This document shows, piece after piece, positions 31,753 through 42,900 of a stretch of 64,000 nucleotides of DNA. The position numbers were made by a program, and so were the translations under genes. The notes below the pieces were generated by a model. It was not told the DNA's origin. It made no database searches and saw only the letters and a list, made by a program, of their open reading frames with translations. The stretch's first letter is position 1, and every line of letters starts with the position of its first letter. The DNA is from Spirochaetia bacterium (GTDB lineage Bacteria > Spirochaetota > Spirochaetia > WTKD01 > G963693115): NCBI GenBank assembly GCA_965226055.1, contig CBDDCA010000006.1, positions 832,001 through 896,000 of the forward strand, read 5' to 3'.

Positions 31753-32873
31753 GCGATATTTTCAAAAGAAAAAATGAGCATCTACATATTTGTATCAACG
31801 ACAATGTAGAAACGCATGATACATTACTCTCGACCATACATCCTATACACCGTGCTTTACCAGAACTTACTATAGATGAAATAGATACTTCTACGATATT
31901 TCTAAAACAGCATATACAATATCCTTTTTTTATTTCATGTATGACTGGTGGTTCTCGTAAAGCATATACAATGAACAAACGTTTTGCCGAAGCAGCACAG
32001 CAGTTTGGTATTCCTGTTGGACTAGGATCAATTCGTATTTTATTAGAAAATAATGCACTGTTGCCTGATTTTCAGTTAAAGAACATTGCTCCATCAGTAC
32101 CATTACTTGCAAATCTTGGTGCTGCACAGTTATTGTCCATCCATGTATCAGAACTACAAGATATACTAAAAGAATTAAAAGCAGACGCTATAGTACTGCA
32201 CTTAAATCCAGCACAAGAATTATGTCAAGAAAACGGAGAACGAAATTTTAGAGGAATACAAGAAGCCATTCATGAGTATATTCATCAAAGTGAAGTGCCT
32301 GTCATTATAAAAGAAACAGGCATGGGAATACATCCAAAAGAAATACAGTTATTGTTAGGATACGGTGCTTCATATGTTGATATAGCAGGAGCAGGAGGCA
32401 GTAATTGGGCAAGAATAGAACTACAACGATATGCAAGCAATACAGTACAGAAAAATAAAGTATTACAAGAATCATATTTTGCAGCGTATGATAACTGGGG
32501 ACATCCCACAGGATTGTTGTTGCTTGCAAGCTACGGCATAGAAAGACGTATAGCTTCTGGGGGTATACGTAATGCACATGATATACTTGTAAGTTTACTA
32601 TTAGGGGCAACTATGGCAGGGCTTGCACTTCCTATTGTACGTAGTGCCTCTATAAGTCAAAAAGCCTTAGAGACATTCCTGTCAATTATTAGCTCTCAAT
32701 TAAAACAACTTATGTTACTTATTGGTGCGAAAAAAGTGAAAGATATAGTATCGTGTCCTCTATGGATAGAACCGAGTACTCAAATGCAGTTACATGCGTA
32801 CTGTAAAGCAACAGGATCTAATGTGCCTGATGCTATCACAAGTCTTTTGTATAAAGATGAAGCGCATAGATAA
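31749..32873 (+). CDS. fni: Type 2 isopentenyl-diphosphate isomerase
   Basis: RKNEHL, MTGG, HLNPAQE, KETGMG, AGAGGSNW, SGGIR. Confidence 0.93.
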   Translation: MSDIFKRKNEHLHICINDNVETHDTLLSTIHPIHRALPELTIDEIDTSTIFLKQHIQYPFFISCMTGGSRKAYTMNKRFAEAAQQFGIPVGLGSIRILLENNALLPDFQLKNIAPSVPLLANLGAAQLLSIHVSELQDILKELKADAIVLHLNPAQELCQENGERNFRGIQEAIHEYIHQSEVPVIIKETGMGIHPKEIQLLLGYGASYVDIAGAGGSNWARIELQRYASNTVQKNKVLQESYFAAYDNWGHPTGLLLLASYGIERRIASGGIRNAHDILVSLLLGATMAGLALPIVRSASISQKALETFLSIISSQLKQLMLLIGAKKVKDIVSCPLWIEPSTQMQLHAYCKATGSNVPDAITSLLYKDEAHR

Positions 32874-32933
32874 TGTATCTTGACATGTATTTGAACTGTA
32901 TTTTGAAATGGAAAAAACTGCTATAGTATATAT

Positions 32934-34238
32934 GTGGACAACAATATAGTCTTACCTGCTACCTTCCGAAAAAAATCTCCTGCAGAACGTCTTACAATGA
33001 TGCGAAAAGCAATACTCTCTTCTCAACAGCTTTTTGATGAAAGCAACAGTACTCATCAATCTGAACAAAAAGATACGCTAAAAGAAAAACTTATACACAT
33101 AGAAAACACATTATTATTACCCAATACCGTAGTATCTGATATGTCAGATACTATGATTGAATCTGCTGTTGGTGGAATAATGATACCTATAGGGATAGTG
33201 AAAAATGTAAAAGTAAATGGACGGATAGTACATATCCCTGTTGCTACCGAAGAAGCCTCAGTCATATCTGCCGCTAGCTATGCGGCAACTATATTATCGA
33301 ATGCTACAAAAAAACAAAATAAAGAACAGCAATCGCATGGCATAGTAGCAAAAAGTTCACCTGCGTTACAGATAGCCCAAATTAGTTTAGAACAAGTGAG
33401 TGCAAAAGGAGAACAATCTCTTACAGAGCAGTGGTCAAAAATACAAACAACACTTATGAGTCTCCTGTCTAATATGCATAGGAGAGGAGGAGGACTGCGA
33501 GGCTCTCAGTTTCGTAGGTTGCTGAGCGGCCTTGTCGTATTTCAGTTTACGGTTGATGTACGTGACGCAATGGGAGCCAATATTGTAAATAGTGCAGCAG
33601 AAGCTATAGCTCCTTTACTAGAAGAAATTACAGGAGGACATACCCTTGCGGCAATTCTCAGCAACTATAGTGAAGAACGTACAGCAAATGCACATTTTAT
33701 TTTAGAAGAGAAATATCTACCTGCAACACATATTCCCTCACATTTTGCTGCACAAAAAATTGCACACATGAGCCTCTGGGCAAAAGAAGACATGTTTCGT
33801 GCTGTAACACATAATAAAGGCATTATGAACGGAGTATCAGGATTAGCTCTTGCAACAGGAAATGATACACGAGCATTTGAAGCAGCAGCGCATGCCTTAG
33901 CAACAAGCAAAGCAGTAGATCCGCATTATTATTCAAGCTATAGCCCTCTCTCTCACTTTGATTATTCAGAAGGACAACTAAAAGCAGAGCTAGAAATACC
34001 CGCATTACTTGCTACAGTAGGAGGAGCAACTTCACATCCAGTTGCACAGTGGAGCTTTCGAGTACTTTCTATCAATAGTAATAAAGCAATACAATCGCAT
34101 CAGCTTAACTGTATTGCTGCCGCTTTAGGACTTGCACAAAATTTTGCCGCTCTATTTGCGTTAGTAAGTACTGGCATACAACATGGACACTTACAGTATC
34201 ATCATAAAAAATTACACACAAAATCACCCTTATTATAA
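32934..34238 (+). CDS. mvaA: Class II HMG-CoA reductase
   Basis: ATEEASV, DAMGAN, THNKGIMNG, GNDTRA, GIQHGH. Confidence 0.92.
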   Translation: MDNNIVLPATFRKKSPAERLTMMRKAILSSQQLFDESNSTHQSEQKDTLKEKLIHIENTLLLPNTVVSDMSDTMIESAVGGIMIPIGIVKNVKVNGRIVHIPVATEEASVISAASYAATILSNATKKQNKEQQSHGIVAKSSPALQIAQISLEQVSAKGEQSLTEQWSKIQTTLMSLLSNMHRRGGGLRGSQFRRLLSGLVVFQFTVDVRDAMGANIVNSAAEAIAPLLEEITGGHTLAAILSNYSEERTANAHFILEEKYLPATHIPSHFAAQKIAHMSLWAKEDMFRAVTHNKGIMNGVSGLALATGNDTRAFEAAAHALATSKAVDPHYYSSYSPLSHFDYSEGQLKAELEIPALLATVGGATSHPVAQWSFRVLSINSNKAIQSHQLNCIAAALGLAQNFAALFALVSTGIQHGHLQYHHKKLHTKSPLL

Positions 34239-34251
34239 TTGAAACTATCAT

Positions 34252-35253
34252 ATGCAACAACAATTAGCAATTTCAAACAAAACAATAACAACAACAGCAG
34301 GACCATCACTTGCGCTTATAAAATATTGGGGAAAACAGCCTCAGGGCCTTAATATTCCCTCTTGTACCAGTATTGCAATAACACTTGATACGCTACAATC
34401 TACCGCACGTATAACACAAAATCTGCAAACAAAAGAAAATAGCTTTCTCTTAAACGGAAAGGAAACCTCATTAGACTATCTTCTGCCCATTATACAGGCA
34501 CTTAAAATAAAGAGAAATGAGGGAAGAAAGCATAAAAATACAGCCATGCCTCCTTTTCTATTAGAAGCAGATAATAATTTTCCTACTGGAGCAGGCCTTG
34601 CAAGCTCAGCATCAGGAATTGCTGCATGTACTGTAGCATTGGCACGATATTATGCTATTGAATGCAATAACAAAGAACTATCACAGCTAGCCCGACTAGG
34701 ATCGGGATCAGCATGTCGTTCAATATTTGGTGGCTTTACACAATGGCAACAAGGAAGTGATCACGCAACACAGCTAGCATCATGCTCTCATTGGGACAAT
34801 TTACGCATGATAGTGCTTATTATAAGTAACAAAAAAAAATCCATAAGCTCACGGCAAGCAATGCTACAATGTGCCAAACAATCAGTGTACTATCCTGCAT
34901 GGGTACGCTATAACAATACCCTCGCAAAAGTAGCGCTTACTGCAATACAGAATAAAGATATAGAAAGTTTAGGAACATGTATGAGACAAAGCTACAATGC
35001 CATGCATGCTACTATGCTTGCTATGAACCCGCCATTATTATATTGGCAAGCAGCCAGCGTACAAGCAATACATCTTGCAGAAACATTACGATCAGATAAA
35101 ATACAAGTCTGGGAAACGATGGATGCAGGCCCACAAGTAAAATATCTCACTGAAGAACAACATGTTCCTGCCATACTCTCTGCAATAGAAACGCATATGC
35201 CACAATGCAAATATATAGTATGCAAAGTAGGAAAAGGTGTCCAAGAATTGTAA
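34252..35253 (+). CDS. mvaD: Diphosphomevalonate decarboxylase
   Basis: ALIKYWGK, GLASSASG, GSGSACRS, DAGPQ. Confidence 0.94.
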   Translation: MQQQLAISNKTITTTAGPSLALIKYWGKQPQGLNIPSCTSIAITLDTLQSTARITQNLQTKENSFLLNGKETSLDYLLPIIQALKIKRNEGRKHKNTAMPPFLLEADNNFPTGAGLASSASGIAACTVALARYYAIECNNKELSQLARLGSGSACRSIFGGFTQWQQGSDHATQLASCSHWDNLRMIVLIISNKKKSISSRQAMLQCAKQSVYYPAWVRYNNTLAKVALTAIQNKDIESLGTCMRQSYNAMHATMLAMNPPLLYWQAASVQAIHLAETLRSDKIQVWETMDAGPQVKYLTEEQHVPAILSAIETHMPQCKYIVCKVGKGVQEL

Positions 35254-35274
35254 AAAACAGCAGCAAGAAAAAAT

Positions 35275-36360
35275 ATGAACCATAAACAAGAAGAACAATA
35301 TGTATACAGTGTTCCCTCAAGCATATTACTCTGTGGAGAATACATTATAACAGAAGAGAATGGGGCAGGCATTTGTTTAGGGATAGAACCACGCTCGTAT
35401 CTCCATATAAAAAAAACAAAAGTAGCACAATCTAAAACATCACTGACAATTATGTGTACCTATGCTGCACGTACTATTACTTTTTTACAAGCCAATGATT
35501 TTGACTTTTGGAACATAGCCTCAAAGCTAAGCATTCCTCTCTATAAAAAATATCATATGTATAATGAAAATGTAAAAAATAGCATAGCTCTCTTTTCTCA
35601 TAGCACACAACAGTATCACATAGAAGTACATATAGATACCTCACAATTATACGATAAGAAACATAAGCAGAAACTAGGACTCGGTTCAAGTGCAAGCTGT
35701 GCTATACTTAGCTGTGCAGCACACATGGTACTCTGTCAGTACGATCCACTACAACATATTGATATGCTCCATGACTTTGCCACTCAATTACACTATGAAT
35801 GGCAACAAAAAAAAGGAAGTGGATATGAACTCTACGCCTCTCTGTATGGAGGAGCAATATTATTACAGCGTCAAAAATATGTAAACACAACATACACTCC
35901 CGAACATAAAAGAAAGCCTTTCATTCATACAACAGTGTCATTTCCAACACAATTCTCTTGGGTAATGTGGAATAGTCAAAACAACATCTCATCTCGTACC
36001 GCATTACAGAAATATATACAATGGAAACGACAATATCCAACACAACAGCAACAATGCACACAAAAAATACGTGATACCATAGAAACATATACACAGTGCA
36101 AGACACACAATGACTATTGTACATGGCTTAGCACTATGCAGAAATTAGGACTTACATTAGGCAAAGCAATAGGACAAAGTGCAAACATAGCACTTCCAAC
36201 AACTGCATATGTAATACAAGCTCACAAAGCATGCGGAGCAGGAAATGAACAAGGCATAGGTATACTTAAGGAAACAGAAAAAGCAAACAAGCACGATACA
36301 CTAAAAGAACAAACACATACAGTATCAATAAGTGAAGGGTTTAGGCAAGAAAATATATAA
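35275..36360 (+). CDS. Phosphomevalonate kinase (GHMP), divergent
   Basis: LCGEY, KLGLGSSA, GSGYE..ASLYGG, CGAG; position within the mevalonate cluster. Confidence 0.78.
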   Translation: MNHKQEEQYVYSVPSSILLCGEYIITEENGAGICLGIEPRSYLHIKKTKVAQSKTSLTIMCTYAARTITFLQANDFDFWNIASKLSIPLYKKYHMYNENVKNSIALFSHSTQQYHIEVHIDTSQLYDKKHKQKLGLGSSASCAILSCAAHMVLCQYDPLQHIDMLHDFATQLHYEWQQKKGSGYELYASLYGGAILLQRQKYVNTTYTPEHKRKPFIHTTVSFPTQFSWVMWNSQNNISSRTALQKYIQWKRQYPTQQQQCTQKIRDTIETYTQCKTHNDYCTWLSTMQKLGLTLGKAIGQSANIALPTTAYVIQAHKACGAGNEQGIGILKETEKANKHDTLKEQTHTVSISEGFRQENI

Positions 36361-36393
36361 GCAAGGAGAGCAGCTAAGTGTTATAGATATACT

Positions 36394-37533
36394 ATGATTT
36401 CTCACCATAAAAAAGACAACAGTAACAGTACCACTCTCCATGACACAAGCATTACAATAACAGTATGTGGAAAACTTATCTTATTTGGAGAACATCTTGT
36501 ATTTTATAATAGCAGTGTCATAGGAATACCCCTGCCTTTTACATTAAAAGCAACCTTTGTGTACAAAGAATATAAGAACGAAAAAAAAAATACCATATCG
36601 AAATTTGACATCATAAGTGATTACCCTATTGATACGAGCTTTATTGATCACATACAAAAAGTATGTGAAGAACACTATAAGAAAGAACTACCAAAAAGTA
36701 AAGTATATATAGAAAGTACCATACCCATAGGAAGCGGATACGGATCATCTGCAGCATTGTGTGTAGCATTAGCAAAAGGAATACTGCATTATCATAAAAA
36801 TATACCATTAAATATATTACAGATCAATACTAAAAATACGCAACAACAAATAAATGATCATACTCTTGAACAACAAGGCATATCAAAACAGGATATTTGG
36901 CATTTTGCACATCACCTTGAACAATTTTTTCATACTCCTGCATCAGGCATTGATACAGCGTTGTGTACATACCAACAAGCAATAATGCTTTCTCCCCATC
37001 AAGTACCGCAACAAAACAGCAGAAAAAAGCATAGCTTTGCACCCCCACCTATTACAGTACACCCACTTGCAGTTACATCACAAATCCCTCATTGTTTGCA
37101 TATAGTATCAGCCGTAGTCATAAGAAAAATACCCACAAAGAAGCTCATAGCACAGGTACAAAAACAGCTACAACAATTTCATCAATTACAGACACTACAA
37201 CAGCTACATACTACAGTACTGCATCAGCTACAATCATACTATACATTGTATAGCAATCATCACACCAAGATAGCCCCTTTTGATTACCACCACTTTGCCA
37301 CTACTGTCAACGCATTACAACAGAAACTCTGTGACATAGGACTCTGCACTCCCACAATGCAAAAGGCAATGCAGATAGCAATGAAAGCAGGAAGCATAGC
37401 AACAAAACTGAGCGGAGCAGGAGGAGGAGGAGCGTTCGTCTGTTTTTGTAGCACAAAACAGGACGCTCAGAATGTATACAAAGCATTGCAGCACTATGCT
37501 CCTGTACAGTCTATATGCATACAAGCACTATAA
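36394..37533 (+). CDS. mvk: Mevalonate kinase
   Basis: GKLILFGEH, PIGSGYGSSAA, ASGID, KLSGAGGGG. Confidence 0.88.
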   Translation: MISHHKKDNSNSTTLHDTSITITVCGKLILFGEHLVFYNSSVIGIPLPFTLKATFVYKEYKNEKKNTISKFDIISDYPIDTSFIDHIQKVCEEHYKKELPKSKVYIESTIPIGSGYGSSAALCVALAKGILHYHKNIPLNILQINTKNTQQQINDHTLEQQGISKQDIWHFAHHLEQFFHTPASGIDTALCTYQQAIMLSPHQVPQQNSRKKHSFAPPPITVHPLAVTSQIPHCLHIVSAVVIRKIPTKKLIAQVQKQLQQFHQLQTLQQLHTTVLHQLQSYYTLYSNHHTKIAPFDYHHFATTVNALQQKLCDIGLCTPTMQKAMQIAMKAGSIATKLSGAGGGGAFVCFCSTKQDAQNVYKALQHYAPVQSICIQAL

Positions 37534-37570
37534 TGTACGAAAGTATAGAATATATTACACTACAAATAGT

Positions 37571-38491
37571 ATGAAATACACTGATATAAGTCAAACTATA
37601 GGTAACACTCCCGTTATTCATATATCACGATTGTTTCCAAACCGTAACATTTGGATAAAAGTGGAACGCTTTAATCCAGGAGGCAGTCTTAAAGACAGAG
37701 TAGCAAAACACATGATTGAACAAGCTGAACTACGAGGGGACATCCATAAAAAAAGTACCATTGTCGAAGCTACATCAGGTAACACAGGCATAGCACTTGC
37801 AATGATGGGAGCAATAAAAGGGTACAGAGTAATATTAGTAATGTCAAAAAAAATGAGTCCCGAACGAGTAGCAGTAATGAAAGCATTTGGTGCTAAAATA
37901 ATACTCACCCCTGCCGACAAAGGAACAAAAGGAGCAGTAAAGAAAGCAGAAGAAATTGTAAAAAAAATACCATACGCATGGATGCCCAACCAGTTTTCTA
38001 ATAAAGATTGTATTGATATTCATGTAAACACTACCGCAAAAGAAATAATGGCAGATTTTCCACAAGGGATAGACTATATAGTAACATCGTCAGGAACTGG
38101 TGCTCATATAACAGGCATAGCAAAACACTTAAAGAAACACATGAAATCATTAAAAGTATATGCAGTAGAACCAGATATAAGCCCTGTTATTGCAGGCGGT
38201 ACGCCCCATGCACATGCTATTGCAGGGGCAGGACCGGGCTTCATTCCCGATAACCTACAATTACGCTATATAGATGGGGTAATACATGTAAGTGAAAAAC
38301 AAGCGTTCTATGCCACCAGTATCCTTGCTAAAAAAGAAGGTATCCTTGCTGGTATATCGACTGGAGCTTCGCTTACTGCAATATCGCGTCTTTACAAACA
38401 GAAACAACTTTCTCCTAAAACATGTATTGTAACCTTTAATTATGATCTTGGCGAACGATACCTATCAAACGAACAGCTATTTAATACTTAA
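37571..38491 (+). CDS. cysK: Cysteine synthase A
   Basis: IGNTP, NPGGSLKDR, EATSGNTG, GTG, GERYLS; start reassigned to MKYTD at 37571. Confidence 0.93.
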   Translation: MKYTDISQTIGNTPVIHISRLFPNRNIWIKVERFNPGGSLKDRVAKHMIEQAELRGDIHKKSTIVEATSGNTGIALAMMGAIKGYRVILVMSKKMSPERVAVMKAFGAKIILTPADKGTKGAVKKAEEIVKKIPYAWMPNQFSNKDCIDIHVNTTAKEIMADFPQGIDYIVTSSGTGAHITGIAKHLKKHMKSLKVYAVEPDISPVIAGGTPHAHAIAGAGPGFIPDNLQLRYIDGVIHVSEKQAFYATSILAKKEGILAGISTGASLTAISRLYKQKQLSPKTCIVTFNYDLGERYLSNEQLFNT

Positions 38492-38516
38492 ACTCGTGCT
38501 TAAACTCGTAGATTGC
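38487..38516. repeat. Tandem IS30 tip relic
   Basis: cttaaactcgtgcttaaactcgtagattgc resembles the reverse complement of 10547-10574 (cttgaactcgtgcttgaactcgtattgc). Confidence 0.55.
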
Positions 38517-38594
38517 TCCCATCTATAATAAGGAGATATGATATACTATCTATACCAGTCGTAGCATGTAATACATAGTAAGGGGGGAGTACAT

Positions 38595-39767
38595 ATGGAT
38601 ATACATTCGATGCAACTAAAATTACAATCGTTTAGTGAAAAAATGACAGAATATATATCAAACTCTTTGCTCTTTTGGGCAACTACAGGATACGATAATA
38701 TAAATGGAGGATACTATGAAGCAGTAGACTTTCATGGAAATCCCATTACTTCCTTACACAGACGCTTTCGTATACATCCTCGAAATATATTTGCACATAC
38801 TGCAGCAACAGTAAAAGGATATGGCAATTATATAGATACAGCAATACAAGCAACCTCATTTATCATGGAAACATGTTGGCAAAAAAAACAAGGCTTTGCC
38901 ACCCTTAGCGATAATGAAGGGAACATCATAAACGACACCGTTGTACTCTATGATCAAACATTTACATTGCTTGCTTTTGCATGGCTATACCACGCAACAC
39001 AGCAGAAAGAATACAAATACAATCTCATGACAGTATGGAAAACTATCAATGAGACACTTTCATATGATAAATATGGTTTTGCTACCAGCAATAAAGCAAA
39101 GAAACAAAGTGATGCTCTTCTATTACAAAATCCACATATGCATCTTTTTGAAGCATTATTAGATGTGTATCAAATAATGAAAGAAGAATATTGGCTTGCA
39201 GAAGCAACTAACATATACACTCTGTTTAGCAAATTTTTTTATGACAAAGAACATAGGGTAGTGTTAGAATACTTACATAAAGACTATAGCCCTCAACATG
39301 AGGCCATAGATAAAATAGAGCCAGGACATCATTTTGAATGGGTATGGCTTCTTCATAAATACCGTATTCTTCTACGAGATACTATTGATACTGATATGAT
39401 AGAAAACATCTATAGGTTTGCTATGGAACATGGAATATCGAAACAAAAGATTCCATACGAGATAGTACAGCACAATGGTGTTCCTGTAAAATCAACACAG
39501 CGTATGTGGGCACAGACCGAACAATTAAAAGCACATCTTGCTATGTACGAATATTCAAAAGATATAACATACATAGATTTTGCAATACAGACATTAGAAA
39601 CGCTCAATACCTATTTTTGTTCCCATGATATATCAGGTGTTTGGTATGATTGCTACGATATACACGGAACTATGGTAGCACCTAACTCCCCTTCTAGTAC
39701 ATTATATCACCTATTTGTCTGTTTAGATGAATTTAATACAGCATGCCGTACTATAATAAACATATAA
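38595..39767 (+). CDS. AGE family epimerase/isomerase (mannose isomerase-like)
   Basis: LYDQTF.LLA, QNPHMHLFEA, EPGHHFEW.WLL, WAQTE, YH. Confidence 0.88.
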   Translation: MDIHSMQLKLQSFSEKMTEYISNSLLFWATTGYDNINGGYYEAVDFHGNPITSLHRRFRIHPRNIFAHTAATVKGYGNYIDTAIQATSFIMETCWQKKQGFATLSDNEGNIINDTVVLYDQTFTLLAFAWLYHATQQKEYKYNLMTVWKTINETLSYDKYGFATSNKAKKQSDALLLQNPHMHLFEALLDVYQIMKEEYWLAEATNIYTLFSKFFYDKEHRVVLEYLHKDYSPQHEAIDKIEPGHHFEWVWLLHKYRILLRDTIDTDMIENIYRFAMEHGISKQKIPYEIVQHNGVPVKSTQRMWAQTEQLKAHLAMYEYSKDITYIDFAIQTLETLNTYFCSHDISGVWYDCYDIHGTMVAPNSPSSTLYHLFVCLDEFNTACRTIINI

Positions 39768-39975
39768 AATTGCAGTGATAAGAATTATAGAATGAAAAAT
39801 ACGTATAATAAAACATACAATAAATATTTTAGTTATTGGTGGATAAAAACATAATAAAAAAAATGCTATTTATAAAAAAAAGTAAAAATTATTGTAATAA
39901 TAGCTTGACATAGCTTGACATATTACCAATAATATACTTATTGAAGTAAAATAATAAAATTATAAGGAGAGTTTT

Positions 39976-42900
39976 ATGAAAAAAAGTCTTTTTCAAAAAA
40001 GCCCTTTATGGTTATTGTTACCAATAACCATAATTTCGTTAGTATTTGCAGGGTGTTCTTCAGACAGCTCTGACAGTGGTGGTTCTTCCTCGTCAATAAC
40101 AGGACTATCATACGTCACTGTAGCTTCAGGGACAGGTGCAAATGTAGATGTTTCTTTTGTCGCTCCGCCAGAAGCGGATGCAGTCAAAATAGTAGCTACA
40201 CCAACATCGGAAGGACTAAACAGTCCTCTTGATTCGATATTGGGAAGCGTGCTTTCTTCATTTGAAGAAGCAAAAACAGTTACTGTTACAGTACCACGTT
40301 CACAATTTGTTTCTAGTTCCTCAAGTGGTGCAATCTCAAAAATAATTTTGAAAGGGTTGCGCTCATATACATCCTATTCATTTAATGTATATGCAGTTTC
40401 TGAATCAGGGGAATCATCAGCAGTATCAAATCTTCCAGAAGTTGCAATTCCTGTTGTAACTACTGCTCCACAAGATGTAATTTCTCAATCTGATGTTTCT
40501 ATACTATTAGAGGAAGATAAATCTATAAAATTAAAATGGGATACTAATCGTATTCAAGCAGGACTAGTAGACTTTACAAAGGTACGTTTTTCCGTACATA
40601 CCGCAGGAGATACCGAAATTGCTGTGTACAATGTAGATGATCTTTCAGCAGGAGAAGTTACTCTTTCTGATATAAATACCATTGATCCTGCAACATACAC
40701 AGTAAAAGCGATATATACCAGTGCTAATGGAATACCTTCTGCAAAGAAAATGGTGATAAATCTTGTTCCTAGTAAGCTAAAAAGCGATATACAAGCAATA
40801 GCAGGCTTAAAAGTAGAAGCAAAAAATAAAGCAAATAGTGCTGATGCTGATGAAGCATTGTATATAAGCTGGACTAGCTATGACTATAGTGCTGCAAAAG
40901 CAGGAACTAAAATAGCAGTAACAGTAAGTGTTGGAAAATTTCCTATAAAAACAGTAATTGTCAACAATGCATCGGTTACTGATATAAATAAAGCTGTTCC
41001 AGTTGCTGCTGGTCGTACTGTATTTTTTCCAACGAAAAATGCAATATGGGTGAGCAATTTATATGGTACAAAGACATATAATGTATCTGTTGTAGTACAT
41101 GATGATTATGGCAGTATGTCTAGTGCAATGACAGCAAGTGCTAAAACAACTGATACACAAACAGAACCAGTAACTGGTGTTATTGGTAGACCATTAGGAA
41201 ATAGTATTGTGGCAACCTGGAGCGTACCAAACATTGGCGATTATGTAGGGGTAAATGTGAGATTATTAGATACCGCTGATGCTGTTAAGCCTACAGATGA
41301 TGATCCTGATAAAAATGTAGTAAGTACTCTTGAGATAAGAGGTGATACTATTTTAAGAGCAGTATTTAATGATGTAAAAGAAGGTGTTTATAGAGTAGCA
41401 GTAGCTACTGTGGATGCAACTGGCAATGTTTCTAAACAGGGAGACAAAGACTTGTTTGTAGAATCAACAGTAGATGCTACTATTGCATCTGATGCAAAAA
41501 AAGATACTACTGCTCCTCCAGCACCAACGTTAGCTACAAATTATCCAAAGTATTATTACAAAGCAAATGGTACTGAGGTAGATGTAGTACTCCAATTATC
41601 TTTTGCTCCTTCAAACAATTTTGCTCTACAGGATGTAAAGAGTGCTACCGTTATACTCAGTAAAAAAGAAGGAAAAGATACTGCAGCAGCTACCGCAGCA
41701 ACAGCGAGTGTAGTAAGTACCAGTACCTATGAGCCATCAACAGGCTTTTTTATGACTTTGAGAAATTTGAAGAGAGACACAGCTTCTCTTGTTACTAAAT
41801 ATACTGCAACTATATACTACACAGATGTATTTGGAAACGGAGATGGAACAGTAGCAGCGAATCGTCTTGATCAAGCTCTGAGTTTTGATGCAGTATCTAC
41901 TGCTCCACAGAAAAGTGAAGTAGCGTTTACTAACACACCAAAAGGGAATAATCTCTATGGTATAGAAATTGCAAGTAGTGTAAGTGGCTATGATAATGGA
42001 GTACCTCTCATTAAAGCTACAGTTACTTTTAGTAGTGGCAAACGATTACTTGCTCTATACGGCAGTGATGAAACAGTACCAATTGCAGCAAAGCAACTTG
42101 ATACTACTGGATCTGTATATTTTGGTGAAAAAGATGGCATTAGTTTTCCAGAAGGAACAGAAAATACAGGCAAAACTGCTATAGAAAGTGGTGGTATGAC
42201 TTATAAAGCAAAACTGTTTGAAGTATATAACTCTGGACTGTACTCACAAGCTACTGCCCTTGATGATATTACCGTAGCAGATATAGTATCAACAGCACCA
42301 GAAGCAGCAGAAATAGAAGGAGTTACTGGTGATGCAAGCACTTCTACTTTAATCTTTAATGAAACTACTGGTGAACTAACTGTGCCTTTTAAAGAATCAA
42401 GCGGTACAGCAGCGAAAGATCCTTCAAATAATAATGTAGCTCCAAATAAAGTACTGTATAAAGTATACGCTACTACAGAGTCGGTATCGGGAAGCACAGC
42501 AGACGATAAAATCAAAAACATTAAAGATATAGCAAATGTTCGTATGGCTCAAGTACAAGGAACAAACGCAGGAGCTGATAGAACAGTGAAATTTTTTGGG
42601 TTTAGTGCTGATGATAAAGATGCTACCTTTACCGTTGCTATTGAAGCTATCAATACTTTCAATACTTCTTTCTCAAACAATGTTACCGCAACAGGAAAAG
42701 CACAACAAAAAACAGCTACAGCACTTGGATCTGATGCTTCATTCTCCTATGCAGGCAATGGAGATCCTAAGGTAGCAAATACATACGTATTTCCCTATAG
42801 TAGCTCTAGTAAGACTGAAACAATAGCAAAACCAACATTAGCAAGCCTTACCATTCCTTCAGGAGCTACATTAACTAAGTTTACTTTGACATATGTAAGC

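Noticed and set aside
37472-37570. N-terminal extension of cysK
   Set aside because: It overlaps mvk, and homology starts at MKYTD (37571)
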